From a virus (Duplodnaviria; Heunggongvirae; Uroviricota; Caudoviricetes), in the IMG/VR virus record IMGVR_UViG_3300047480_000504: a DNA stretch of 64,000 nt. The stretch is one strand, 5' to 3'. A program made the position numbers and the translations under genes. Of the stretch, positions 26,940 through 35,948 are shown piece by piece (positions within the stretch are counted from its first letter, which is position 1; the number at the start of each line of letters is the position of its first letter). The notes below the pieces were generated by a model. It was given only the letters and a program-made list of their open reading frames with translations, searched no databases and was not told the DNA's origin.

Positions 26940-28436
26940 ATGTTATTACGTCAATTATTAACTGAAGCACAAACTTTAGACCCAAGCGCAATTAAAAAAC
27001 GAGAAGGTCGATTTGAGCAATTTTTGCAATACATCAAAGACAAAAATCCTTTCTACACTGTAGACGGCGAGGCAGTTGTTATTGCACAAAGCGAAATCAA
27101 ACGTCTACAAACTCTAAATGACACTGGCGAGTTTTCAGGACAAGTTATGTTAAAAGATGCTGATGGAAAAAATTGGCCGTTGAGCAAGTTCTTAAAGACT
27201 CCTCCTTTTGGCCAAGCAGTTGTCCCTGGCGGCGATGGCAGCGAAGGTGACAGTGAAAACGCAGGTAAAGAAGCACTAATAGTAAAACCCAAACAAATTG
27301 GTATCACTGACAAAAACTTTAAAGCAACTGACTTGGGCAAAATGATTGTTTCTAATTCTGCGTTAAAGTCTACAGAATACGGAAAAGTAGTTATTGAAAT
27401 GGCCAATCAGATCATGAGAGGCCAGCCTGCTGTTATACCCGAACAGTTCAGACGCAACAAGGCAATACGAGCAGCTATCATTGATTATGCTGGCGAGTAT
27501 CTAGGCGTGTTGGCGTTAATTTACGGGCAATCTGAATTTCCAAAGCAAGCCGAGTTCTTAAAGTGGTTAGGTGGAAGTTTAACTGATTTAACTTTGAATT
27601 TTCCCGGCAAAACCAATAACCCATTGGCTGATAGCTTTGCAACTGTAACTAACCCAGAATCACAGCGCCAGATTAATATTTCTAGCAAAGGTCAAAAAGG
27701 TGGGGCGGCCCCTAGCATTGGTGCATCAATTACAGTACCCAACGAAATGCGAGGTAAAAAGAAATTCCAATTTGCAATCGACTTTATTGACCTACTTCAG
27801 AACAAGTCTTTACCAAAACCAGCCAGTGTAAGTCAGATATTTCAGGCCATGAATCTACTACACTCAAATAAGCCAAACTTGATTCCTGACGAATTTAAAA
27901 AATATGTTCCTTGGAAGCCAAGTATTATGGACGAAGTCATGAGTAGTATCCGTGGCAAGACACCAATGGCCAAATATCAAGAAATTATCAGCAAGGAAGA
28001 AGGCAACGGAACCGACGGCGGCAAGTTGGCATACGCAGCCAAGAAAGCTGTAATCAATGCATTCAACAGTGGGGAAGTTCCTGAATTTCAGGCCGCAATC
28101 TTAGAAATTTTAGATATGAACTTTGTTCAGCAGTATGCAGATATTGAAAGTCTAAGAACTGGCGTAGTTAAATTCTACACCCAATGGCCTGCCAAGTTAG
28201 ATGGTGTTGTCACAGTTGAAACCAAATCAGGTGCAACAGACCCTACCAAAGGAGCATTTAGCTTTAAACTAAAGCCGCCAGGATCAAAAGCTGATCCAAT
28301 GCCCGACTTGGACCCAGATGATAACGTAGTCGCTAAGCCTAGCTCAATCTCAACAAATCGCCAAACAGTCAAGAAGATTGTGCCCAAGGACAAGCCTGCT
28401 ATGACTACAACCAGCACTACACGTCAACTAAAGTAA
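26940..28436 (+). CDS. hypothetical large protein with MLLRQLLTE leader
   Basis: ATG at 26940 immediately after the upstream TAA. 499 aa. Confidence 0.5.
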   Translation: MLLRQLLTEAQTLDPSAIKKREGRFEQFLQYIKDKNPFYTVDGEAVVIAQSEIKRLQTLNDTGEFSGQVMLKDADGKNWPLSKFLKTPPFGQAVVPGGDGSEGDSENAGKEALIVKPKQIGITDKNFKATDLGKMIVSNSALKSTEYGKVVIEMANQIMRGQPAVIPEQFRRNKAIRAAIIDYAGEYLGVLALIYGQSEFPKQAEFLKWLGGSLTDLTLNFPGKTNNPLADSFATVTNPESQRQINISSKGQKGGAAPSIGASITVPNEMRGKKKFQFAIDFIDLLQNKSLPKPASVSQIFQAMNLLHSNKPNLIPDEFKKYVPWKPSIMDEVMSSIRGKTPMAKYQEIISKEEGNGTDGGKLAYAAKKAVINAFNSGEVPEFQAAILEILDMNFVQQYADIESLRTGVVKFYTQWPAKLDGVVTVETKSGATDPTKGAFSFKLKPPGSKADPMPDLDPDDNVVAKPSSISTNRQTVKKIVPKDKPAMTTTSTTRQLK

Positions 28437-28475
28437 AATTAAGTAGCACTTTATTAATCTAGCGCAAACTTTTAA

Positions 28476-28511
28476 ATACTAAAGTAGGGAATTTAGGCCC
28501 CACTTTAGTAT
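28476..28511 (+). promoter_or_regulatory. hairpin abutting the csgF-like start codon
   Basis: 10-bp arms ATACTAAAGT (28476-28485) and ACTTTAGTAT (28502-28511) with a 16-nt loop. The right arm ends one nt before the ATG at 28512. Confidence 0.35.
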
Positions 28512-28991
28512 ATGAAAAAGATAACTTTAGCACTAGTTTCAAGCGTGGCATTAAGTGCAGGTGCCGCCGAACTACAACACAATTTTAATAGCCCAGCCTT
28601 TAGCGGTTTGGGCTATTCGTCGCATGTCTTAACTCTAAAGCAGTTAGAAGATCAACAAAAAGACAAAAACAAACAAGCCGCAGAAGCATTAAAAGCGGCC
28701 GCTGAGCGTGAGGCTGCAAATACACCACAGGCACGTTTTAAAGCCAGCATGGAAACTCGCATTTACAGTGAGTTGGCCAAGCGTATTAGCGATAGCTTGT
28801 TTGGTTCAAGTCCAAGCGCACCAACTTGCACACCTACCAGCAGTGGCGGCCCATGTGGTGACATTGACATTGGCGGACAAAACATTACTTGGACGATCCA
28901 AGGTACAAACATAATTGTTAGAATCGCTGAAATTGCAAATCCAAACAATTACACAGAATTAACAATGCCTTATGCGGCATTTAACATCTAA
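28512..28991 (+). CDS. CsgF-like curli assembly protein
   Basis: Signal peptide. The mature N-terminus ELQHNFNSPAFSGLGY matches the CsgF N-terminal FxFxNPxFGG motif. It is positioned directly upstream of the CsgG-like gene. Confidence 0.5.
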   Translation: MKKITLALVSSVALSAGAAELQHNFNSPAFSGLGYSSHVLTLKQLEDQQKDKNKQAAEALKAAAEREAANTPQARFKASMETRIYSELAKRISDSLFGSSPSAPTCTPTSSGGPCGDIDIGGQNITWTIQGTNIIVRIAEIANPNNYTELTMPYAAFNI

Positions 28992-29000
28992 GGAACAACT

Positions 29001-29858
29001 ATGAAAAGAACAACGTTATCCTTAGCAATATCAGCGGTACTTGTGCTGTCGGGTTGTGCTACAGGTTCTGCGATACGAGAAAAAGTCACTGGCAATCAAT
29101 TTGATGCACCAGTGGTTGAACAAAATGTATTTTTAAAAGATCAGTCGGCCAAGTTAATGCCGCCTGCAACTGGCCCAATCCCAGTGGCTGTTTATGGCTT
29201 TCAAGATAAAACTGGTCAGCGTAAAAGCATTCCTAACATTGCCAGCTTATCAAGTGCAGTTACACAAGGTGCAGAAAGCTACTTGATCAAAGCATTACAA
29301 GATGTTGGACAAGCTCGTTGGTTTACAGTATTAGAACGTGTTGGCTTAGAGAACTTAATCAAAGAGCGCCAAATGATTCGTCAAGCTCGCGAACAGTACC
29401 AAGGCAAAGATGCCAAGCCATTAACACCAATGATGTTTGCAGGTATTATTGTTGAAGGCGGTATTGTTGGTTATGACAGCAACACATTAACAGGCGGATC
29501 CGGTGTTCGTTTATTAGGCATTGGGGCAAGCACACAATATCAAAGCGATACTGTTACAGTTAATTTAAGAACAGTAAGCGTTTCTACAGGCGAAGTGCTA
29601 ACAAGCGTTACAGTGACCAAAACTGTATTAAGCTACATGGACAAATTTGGTGTGTTAAAATTTGTTGACAGCGGAACACAAAGTGTTGAAGCTGAAACTG
29701 GCGCTAGTATTAATGAAAGCATCAATAAAGCAGTTAATTTGGCTGTTCAGGCTGCTGTAGTCAATACTATTCACGAAGGTGCTCGTAAGGGGCACTGGAG
29801 TTTTAAGGAAGATAAGCCGGCGGCTGAAGAAGTAAAAGGCGGGGCAACTGCACAATAA
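29001..29858 (+). CDS. csgG: CsgG-family curli secretion channel lipoprotein
   Basis: Lipobox LVLSGC. Colinear with E. coli CsgG across the whole length: VAVYGFQDKTGQ vs VSVYNIQDETGQ, WFTVLERVGLENLIKERQMIRQA vs WFIPLERQGLQNLLNERKIIRAA, IIVEGGIVGYDSN..GGSGVRLLGIGASTQYQ vs IMVEGSIIGYESN..GGVGARYFGIGADTQYQ, LRTVSVSTGEVLTSV..KTVLSY vs LRVVNVSTGEILSSV..KTILSY. Confidence 0.8.
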   Translation: MKRTTLSLAISAVLVLSGCATGSAIREKVTGNQFDAPVVEQNVFLKDQSAKLMPPATGPIPVAVYGFQDKTGQRKSIPNIASLSSAVTQGAESYLIKALQDVGQARWFTVLERVGLENLIKERQMIRQAREQYQGKDAKPLTPMMFAGIIVEGGIVGYDSNTLTGGSGVRLLGIGASTQYQSDTVTVNLRTVSVSTGEVLTSVTVTKTVLSYMDKFGVLKFVDSGTQSVEAETGASINESINKAVNLAVQAAVVNTIHEGARKGHWSFKEDKPAAEEVKGGATAQ

Positions 29859-29952
29859 GTTTAAGAAAAACTGTGCATGGATCTTGCTTGTACAGTATGT
29901 AGGTCTTGGAAAAACTTACACTCTCTGGCAAGATCATAGAGAGTTAATTAAC

Positions 29953-29964
29953 GGGATATATCCC
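29953..29964. promoter_or_regulatory. 12-bp perfect palindrome GGGATATATCCC
   Basis: Lies between csgG-like and the curlin-repeat gene, 40 nt upstream of the ATG at 30006. Hairpins at 29877-29931 precede it. Confidence 0.35.
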
Positions 29965-30005
29965 AAGGAGCTAGGCAGAGAAAAGTAATCTGTTTAGGTT
30001 TTAAA

Positions 30006-30803
30006 ATGAATAGAAGTATAACAAAAGTTTGTTTGCTTACAGCGGCATTAATGGCTACTGGCACTGCATGGTCCCAAGCCGCAACTGGCCCAAACAAAGT
30101 ATACATTGAACAAATTGGCAATAGCAACACTGTTACCATTCAACAAGTTGGCGGAACAAACAACGTAGGTGGTATTGCGTTGAGTACACCTACTAGTGTT
30201 AGCGCAAGTGGCATCACAACACTAAGTCCTGCGGCACCAAGTTCGTCTAACTATGCTACAATTACAGGTAGTAGCAACACGGTTGCACTTACACAAACTG
30301 GTAACGGCAACAGTGCTCAGTATGACTTGCAAGGCAACAACAACGTTTACACTAGTACAGTAACTGGCCACAGTAACCAAACTAGTCTAACAATTGGCGA
30401 TGTTAACAATGCATCAAACTTGCGTAATACTGTTACTGAAACTATCACAGGTGACAGCAACTTGATTATTCAGCAATTGGTGGGCAGTGATATCACTAGC
30501 ACTACTGCAATCACTGGCAACTCAAACCAAATTACCAAAGAGTTAAAAAGCTCAAACGGTACAAGTGATATTGACATTAGTGGTAACAGCAACGTGTTGA
30601 ACATTCAACAAGTGGATGCGGCTGGTGCTAATGGTCACTACTTAAAGCAAGTTATTGCTGGTAGCTTTAACAGTATCACAACTCAACAACAAGGTACAAA
30701 CGATACCACAGTTGATATCCGCGCAACCGGCAGCAACAACACAATTACTGTAAGAACCAGCAGTAGTAGTATTGTTACTCCAGGTACAGCTATTGCGAGA
30801 TAA
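30006..30803 (+). CDS. curlin-repeat amyloid subunit-like protein
   Basis: Signal peptide followed by at least 7 imperfect repeats of the curlin type (e.g. VYIEQIGNSNTVTIQQVGGTNNV, VALTQTGNGNSAQYDLQGNNNV, LNIQQVDAAGANGHY). Composition is Gln/Asn/Gly/Ser/Thr. Confidence 0.6.
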   Translation: MNRSITKVCLLTAALMATGTAWSQAATGPNKVYIEQIGNSNTVTIQQVGGTNNVGGIALSTPTSVSASGITTLSPAAPSSSNYATITGSSNTVALTQTGNGNSAQYDLQGNNNVYTSTVTGHSNQTSLTIGDVNNASNLRNTVTETITGDSNLIIQQLVGSDITSTTAITGNSNQITKELKSSNGTSDIDISGNSNVLNIQQVDAAGANGHYLKQVIAGSFNSITTQQQGTNDTTVDIRATGSNNTITVRTSSSSIVTPGTAIAR

Positions 30804-30806
30804 TCA

Positions 30807-31913
30807 ATGTGGAAGGCGCTGTTTGCCACACTTCTAATCGCAAGCAATACTACCACTTTTGCCAGTGGTAGTATTGGTGTTGTGTCCGACAATAAAGGAA
30901 CACAATGTGAAGTACAACGTGGCAAAACAAAATCATCAGGCATAAAAGGTGCTAGCATTGAAAGCATGGATACCTACCTCACACAAGCCTGTGCCTCAAA
31001 CATTACATTTAAAGACGACACCAAAGTAAAGGTTACAGAAAACTCCAAGTTGGTAATCGATGACTTTGTGTTTGATCCAAAAAATTCAGATGCTGGCAAA
31101 CTAGCAATGAAAGTGACAATGGGCACTGTTCGTTATGCCAGCGGACAAATTGCTAAAAATAATCCACAACAGGTTGCAGTTAAAACACCAACTGCCAACA
31201 TTGCTGTTCGTGGTACAGACTTTTCAATGACTGTAGATGAAACAGGTCAAAGTTTAATTGTTCTATTGCCAAGTTGCAAAGAAGAAAGCGAACAAAAGAA
31301 ATATGAGTTAGAGGAAAATCGTTGCAGAGTTGGACAGATATCTGTATCTAATAGTGCTGGCACAGTGGTATTAGATAAGGCATTTGAAGCCACATACATT
31401 ACCAGTGCAGACATACGTCCAACTGCACCAACAGTTATTCATACTGTTGAAAGTAAGATCAACAACAATTTAATTATCGTACGTCCGCACGAAGTAGAAC
31501 GTGCTATCCGCGACAACACTGGTCGTACCAAACGCGAAGAATTAGAAGCTGAAATTGAAGCCGAGGCCGCCCGTCGTTTAGCGCAACGTGTTCGAGAGTC
31601 CAACGAAGAACTTGAACGTGCAAGATTATTAGCAATAGCAGAAGCTGCCGGTAAAACTGGTTGTAATGCAAGTACTAATATTTGCGTTACTTGGGCTAAT
31701 CCTGATGCACAGGAAATACAAAGCCGTGGCAAGGGCATAGCATTTAGAAGCAACGAAGATCATTATGCTGAAGTAAAGACACAAGGCTACAGTAGCAATA
31801 CTGCAATTACCATTGTACATAACGATGCCAGTGCCAGTGAACTAATTGGTGCAGGTGGCGGCGGGGGCAATACTGTTTATATCAAGCAGAACCTTGGGGT
31901 GCTACGCAGATGA
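30807..31913 (+). CDS. secreted FecR-domain-like protein with C-terminal curlin-like half-repeat
   Basis: Signal peptide. GTVRYASGQIAK ... ANIAVRGTDFSMTV has a FecR-like fold signature. Coiled-coil segment. The C-terminus is GAGGGGGNTVYIKQNLG. Confidence 0.4.
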   Translation: MWKALFATLLIASNTTTFASGSIGVVSDNKGTQCEVQRGKTKSSGIKGASIESMDTYLTQACASNITFKDDTKVKVTENSKLVIDDFVFDPKNSDAGKLAMKVTMGTVRYASGQIAKNNPQQVAVKTPTANIAVRGTDFSMTVDETGQSLIVLLPSCKEESEQKKYELEENRCRVGQISVSNSAGTVVLDKAFEATYITSADIRPTAPTVIHTVESKINNNLIIVRPHEVERAIRDNTGRTKREELEAEIEAEAARRLAQRVRESNEELERARLLAIAEAAGKTGCNASTNICVTWANPDAQEIQSRGKGIAFRSNEDHYAEVKTQGYSSNTAITIVHNDASASELIGAGGGGGNTVYIKQNLGVLRR

Positions 31914-32086
31914 TGTTTGAAAGCGAATTGCGTCACATGTACCAGGCCTGGCAGCAAGGACAAGACAATTACATACTTGATTCACACCGTTTTGTTGAAT
32001 GGGCAGCGGCATGGAACAAGGCATCAACAGATGTAATGCTAAAAGAGCTACAGCGTTATTCTTGGTTTAAAAGGTTAGAGGCATGA
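31910..32086 (+). CDS. small hypothetical protein (58 aa)
   Basis: ATGA overlaps at both ends (31910-31913 and 32083-32086). Below the ORF-track cut-off. Confidence 0.3.
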   Translation: MMFESELRHMYQAWQQGQDNYILDSHRFVEWAAAWNKASTDVMLKELQRYSWFKRLEA

Positions 32087-32646
32087 AAAAGATATTTTTA
32101 TTATTGTTGTTATTGTGTTTAAATGCGTTTGCCCAAACAAATAACAGCCGAGTTTACATTGACCAAATTGGAAATATGAGTAGCATAGCTGTAAACCAGT
32201 CTGGAACAAAGAACAACTACGCTGAATATATCAGCAGTGGATCATTGAACACTATAGCAATCACTCAAACTAGCAATTCTCTTACTGTGTCAAACTACGC
32301 AGTTGTAACAGTGCCTAGCGACAATAATACAGTAAATGTTATTCAGCAAAGCATTGGCGGAGACAAAGTAATCTTTGCCACCGTTAATAATGGCGGTAAT
32401 AGTTTACTAATTCAACAAAAGGATTCGGGAAGTCACTGGGCTGATATTACCCTTTCTGGCGGTAGTAAAAACGTTGATGTTACTCAGCAAGGCAGTGCCA
32501 GTCACATGGCTCGTATCAATCTAAGTGGTTTGGCACAAGATTTAAGCATAACTCAAAGTGGTAGCACTCAACAATACTATTCAATCACTAGCAATTGTGC
32601 TACAGCAGGTGGTTGTGCTAAGATCACTGTCAATCAAGGACAGTAA
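32083..32646 (+). CDS. curlin-repeat amyloid subunit-like protein (second paralog)
   Basis: Signal peptide MKKIFLLLLLLCLNAFA. Repeats VYIDQIGNMSSIAVNQSGTKNNYAEY, IAITQTSNSLTVSNYA, VNVIQQSIGGDKV, LLIQQKDSGSHWADI, VDVTQQGSASHMARI and LSITQSGSTQQY. Confidence 0.55.
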   Translation: MKKIFLLLLLLCLNAFAQTNNSRVYIDQIGNMSSIAVNQSGTKNNYAEYISSGSLNTIAITQTSNSLTVSNYAVVTVPSDNNTVNVIQQSIGGDKVIFATVNNGGNSLLIQQKDSGSHWADITLSGGSKNVDVTQQGSASHMARINLSGLAQDLSITQSGSTQQYYSITSNCATAGGCAKITVNQGQ

Positions 32647-32673
32647 GACTTAAAATAGTATAAATACGTTACT

Positions 32674-34683
32674 ATGAAATTACGTGACGTCAACCCCCAA
32701 CAACCAGTTTTAGCCGAACAACAGCTAGACGAAATTAACATGAGCCCATCTAGCTTAAAGCAGTTGGCCAGCCAAATCACAGCCCGCGCAGGTATGGAAT
32801 TTGAAATGATCGTTCCAAATGCCGAAAATAACGAAGGCGGCGATATGGAACCTGACTATGATCAAGATCAGCGTACTCGTAGCTTTGGGGACATTGAAGA
32901 ATTCTTTAACGATGGGGATTACAACGGTTCGCGTCAAGTGCGTGAATTAATAGCGGCACTACAAGAACGCTATTACGAGTGGGAAAGCGAAAAGATTGAC
33001 GAAGATTGGGCGTCAGACGGGGAAGACTATTTGCGTGATTGGATCCACAATAACGAATGGATCGAAGAAGATAAAATTCGCGAGCATTTAGAATCACAAG
33101 GTCTTGACGAAGAAGAAATTGATGCGGCCATGTCAGCTGGCAACAGTGCTCCACGTTATAGTAAACTGGATGTACAACAGGCCGCACGCGAATCAGATGA
33201 AAATTACGATCGCTACATGGAAGCTAAAAGTGCCGCAGATGAAGAATTTGATGAATTAGTAACGTCTGAGTGGGAAAGTCGTGGTAGCATGTATGACTCT
33301 GCACTGGACGAGTATCGCGAAGAAAATCAAGGCAATGCTGATGAAGAAGACTTTTTATCGTCTGAGGGTTTACGATACATGAGTGATGTTGCCAATGAGT
33401 TCAGTGGTGATATTACATGGCCCTATTGGACAACACCGTACGGTGGCGAAGTTAGTGCAGAAGAAGTTGCCAAGGACTTTGCTGAAGCAATTGGACGTAG
33501 TGTAAAAGCCAGTGGCTCTTATCACTCAGGTGGCGTACAGCGTCCCAATGCCGAAAACTTGCACTACATTGTAGAACCAGACGGTAGCTTAGAGGCTGAT
33601 GACAGCGGAGATGGAGGCTTGGAGTTTGTTAGCCCGGCACTGCCTATTGCTGAACTATTAAGTGACTTAGACAAAGTTGCCAAGTGGGCCAGCAGTTATG
33701 GCTGCTACACAAACAACTCAACTGGTTTGCACATCAACGTCAGCGTTGAAGGCTGGTCGGGCGATGTTGGCAAGTTAGACTATGTCAAGTTGGCATTGTT
33801 GTTAGGCGACAATTATATCTTAGACAAGTTTGGTCGTGCTGGCAATACCTATTGCAAAAGTGCCATGAACGAAATCAAATCTCGTGTAAGTCAACGTCCC
33901 GAAGATGCAGGTGTGCTACTGCAAAAGATGAAAAGTGGCCTAGACAGTTTGGCCAGTAAAGCAATCCACTCTGGTGTTACAAGCAAATACACAAGTATCA
34001 ATACTAAAAATGGTTACATTGAATTCCGTAGTCCTGGTGGCGACTGGTTAGGAGCGTATGCCGCTGATCCTGGTTCTATTACCAATACCTTGCTACGATT
34101 TGTTGTAGCATTAGATGCCGCAGTGGACCCAGAGAAGTACAAACAAGAGTACTTGAAAAAGTTATACGCAATCTTACAACCCAAGACACACAACGACACC
34201 ATGGCCTACTTTGCACAGTATGCCGCAGGACAAATGCCCAAGGCTGCATTAAAGAGTTTTATTCGTCAAGCACAGTTAGAGCGTCAAGGTAAAAAGCCTG
34301 AGCCCGAGCAAAAAGAACCAAATTACTATATTTCTGATCGCGACACTGGTCAAGTTTATCACAAGTATTATGCAGCCAACAACAACGATGCATTTGAATA
34401 CCTACAGCGTTGGAAAGCACAAAGCTCGGCCCATGCCGGTGGCGATCACTTACAGTATGGCAAGATAATGCCGGGACAAGAACCTGGACAAACTACACCT
34501 AGATCTAGCGGTGGCGAGTGGACTGGCCAGTGGCTAATTAAAGACGGCAGTGATAGAGTGTTACACTCGTTTGGTGGTATAGGAAATAATCAAAGTGATG
34601 CAAATAGATTTGCTATCCAATGGCTAACTAGAAACGGATATGGACACGGTACTGAAGTCAGTGTAGTTCCAGAAATGAGATAA
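32674..34683 (+). CDS. large acidic protein with MKLRDV leader
   Basis: 669 aa with a very acidic N-terminal third. Confidence 0.5.
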   Translation: MKLRDVNPQQPVLAEQQLDEINMSPSSLKQLASQITARAGMEFEMIVPNAENNEGGDMEPDYDQDQRTRSFGDIEEFFNDGDYNGSRQVRELIAALQERYYEWESEKIDEDWASDGEDYLRDWIHNNEWIEEDKIREHLESQGLDEEEIDAAMSAGNSAPRYSKLDVQQAARESDENYDRYMEAKSAADEEFDELVTSEWESRGSMYDSALDEYREENQGNADEEDFLSSEGLRYMSDVANEFSGDITWPYWTTPYGGEVSAEEVAKDFAEAIGRSVKASGSYHSGGVQRPNAENLHYIVEPDGSLEADDSGDGGLEFVSPALPIAELLSDLDKVAKWASSYGCYTNNSTGLHINVSVEGWSGDVGKLDYVKLALLLGDNYILDKFGRAGNTYCKSAMNEIKSRVSQRPEDAGVLLQKMKSGLDSLASKAIHSGVTSKYTSINTKNGYIEFRSPGGDWLGAYAADPGSITNTLLRFVVALDAAVDPEKYKQEYLKKLYAILQPKTHNDTMAYFAQYAAGQMPKAALKSFIRQAQLERQGKKPEPEQKEPNYYISDRDTGQVYHKYYAANNNDAFEYLQRWKAQSSAHAGGDHLQYGKIMPGQEPGQTTPRSSGGEWTGQWLIKDGSDRVLHSFGGIGNNQSDANRFAIQWLTRNGYGHGTEVSVVPEMR

Positions 34684-34684
34684 T

Positions 34685-35530
34685 ATGAAAATACAAGACG
34701 TCACAGAAGGCTACGGCCGATACTATTGTTCCACAGATAAAAAGTGGAAGACTCGTAAAGGTCCCAAGCAGACTAGAAAAGTAGCTGAAGGCTCATTTAA
34801 AGATGCTAGTCCGATGACTAAAGATACAGTAAAAACAGATCGTATCCGCAGCCTTAAGAATCTTATCTCTATTGCCAAAGAACAAGGACGACAACTGCGA
34901 GTTCAAGAACTTGAGTTAGAACTAAAGAAGTTGCAAGGTGTGGCGGAAGAAAAGCAACGTTTAGATGCCAAGTGCTGGGATGGTTATAAAAAAGACGGCA
35001 CTAAGATGAAAGGCGACACAAGAGTCAACAACTGCGTCAAAGAAGACTCGCTAGAAGAGTACGGCGATACAGCGCAAGGTCAAAAGATGTTGACCAAGGT
35101 ACAGAAACGTGCTGTAGATAGAGTAGTATCTAAGAAGGCAGATACAGACCCCAAGTATGCCAAGAAGAATTCAGACTCTGCCAAACGTGCCTGGGAAAGA
35201 ATGGCAGACTTAGAAGAAACTTACGACGGTGACGAGTTTTTTGAAGCCTACGGTGAGTTATGGTATAACGAAGATGAACAGCTAGATGAAGCTGAATACC
35301 AAGGCCGCTCAGTACCACTTGGCAAGCCCATGCAAGGCGATGTTAAAAAGTTCAAAGTGTACGTAAAAGATCCGTCAACTGGTAATGTTAAAAAAGTAAA
35401 CTTTGGCGATCCTGATATGAAGATTCGTAAGAGTAATCCAGCGGCTCGTCGTAGCTTCCGTGCTAGACACAACTGCGACAATCCAGGTCCACGTACAAAG
35501 GCACGTTACTGGTCTTGCCGCAAGTGGTAA
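34685..35530 (+). CDS. basic protein with MKIQDV leader
   Basis: ATAATATG junction. Lys-rich. Confidence 0.45.
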   Translation: MKIQDVTEGYGRYYCSTDKKWKTRKGPKQTRKVAEGSFKDASPMTKDTVKTDRIRSLKNLISIAKEQGRQLRVQELELELKKLQGVAEEKQRLDAKCWDGYKKDGTKMKGDTRVNNCVKEDSLEEYGDTAQGQKMLTKVQKRAVDRVVSKKADTDPKYAKKNSDSAKRAWERMADLEETYDGDEFFEAYGELWYNEDEQLDEAEYQGRSVPLGKPMQGDVKKFKVYVKDPSTGNVKKVNFGDPDMKIRKSNPAARRSFRARHNCDNPGPRTKARYWSCRKW

Positions 35531-35531
35531 T

Positions 35532-35948
35532 ATGCTGATACGTGAACTGTTTGAACCAAACAAACCGTGGCAATGGAGCTTCCGTGGCAGCGAGGAAGCA
35601 GTTGCAGTGTTTCATGTTGGCGAAATTCCTTACATGTTTCATGCTTACGGTACTGATGGCGTATGGGAAGTTGAATTTAAACGCCACGGAAGTAAACTTG
35701 ATCGTGCCAATAAGTTTGGCTTGACTGGTACTGGCAACTCAGCCGAAGTCATGAGCACAGTAGTTGACATCATGCGAGAGTTTTTAACCAAGTACAAAGA
35801 TCAAATTGAAACACTAACGTTCTCAGCCAAGGAAGACTCGCGACAAGGGTTGTATGCACGAATGGTCAAACGACTATTACCCTCATGGACCATGCATCAA
35901 TCTGGTGAAGAATTTGTATTGGCAGCTCCAAACGATCCTGTCCAATAA
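35532..35948 (+). CDS. hypothetical protein with MLIREL leader
   Basis: ATG at 35532, two nt after the upstream TAA. In frame with the listed 35460 ORF. Confidence 0.4.
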   Translation: MLIRELFEPNKPWQWSFRGSEEAVAVFHVGEIPYMFHAYGTDGVWEVEFKRHGSKLDRANKFGLTGTGNSAEVMSTVVDIMREFLTKYKDQIETLTFSAKEDSRQGLYARMVKRLLPSWTMHQSGEEFVLAAPNDPVQ

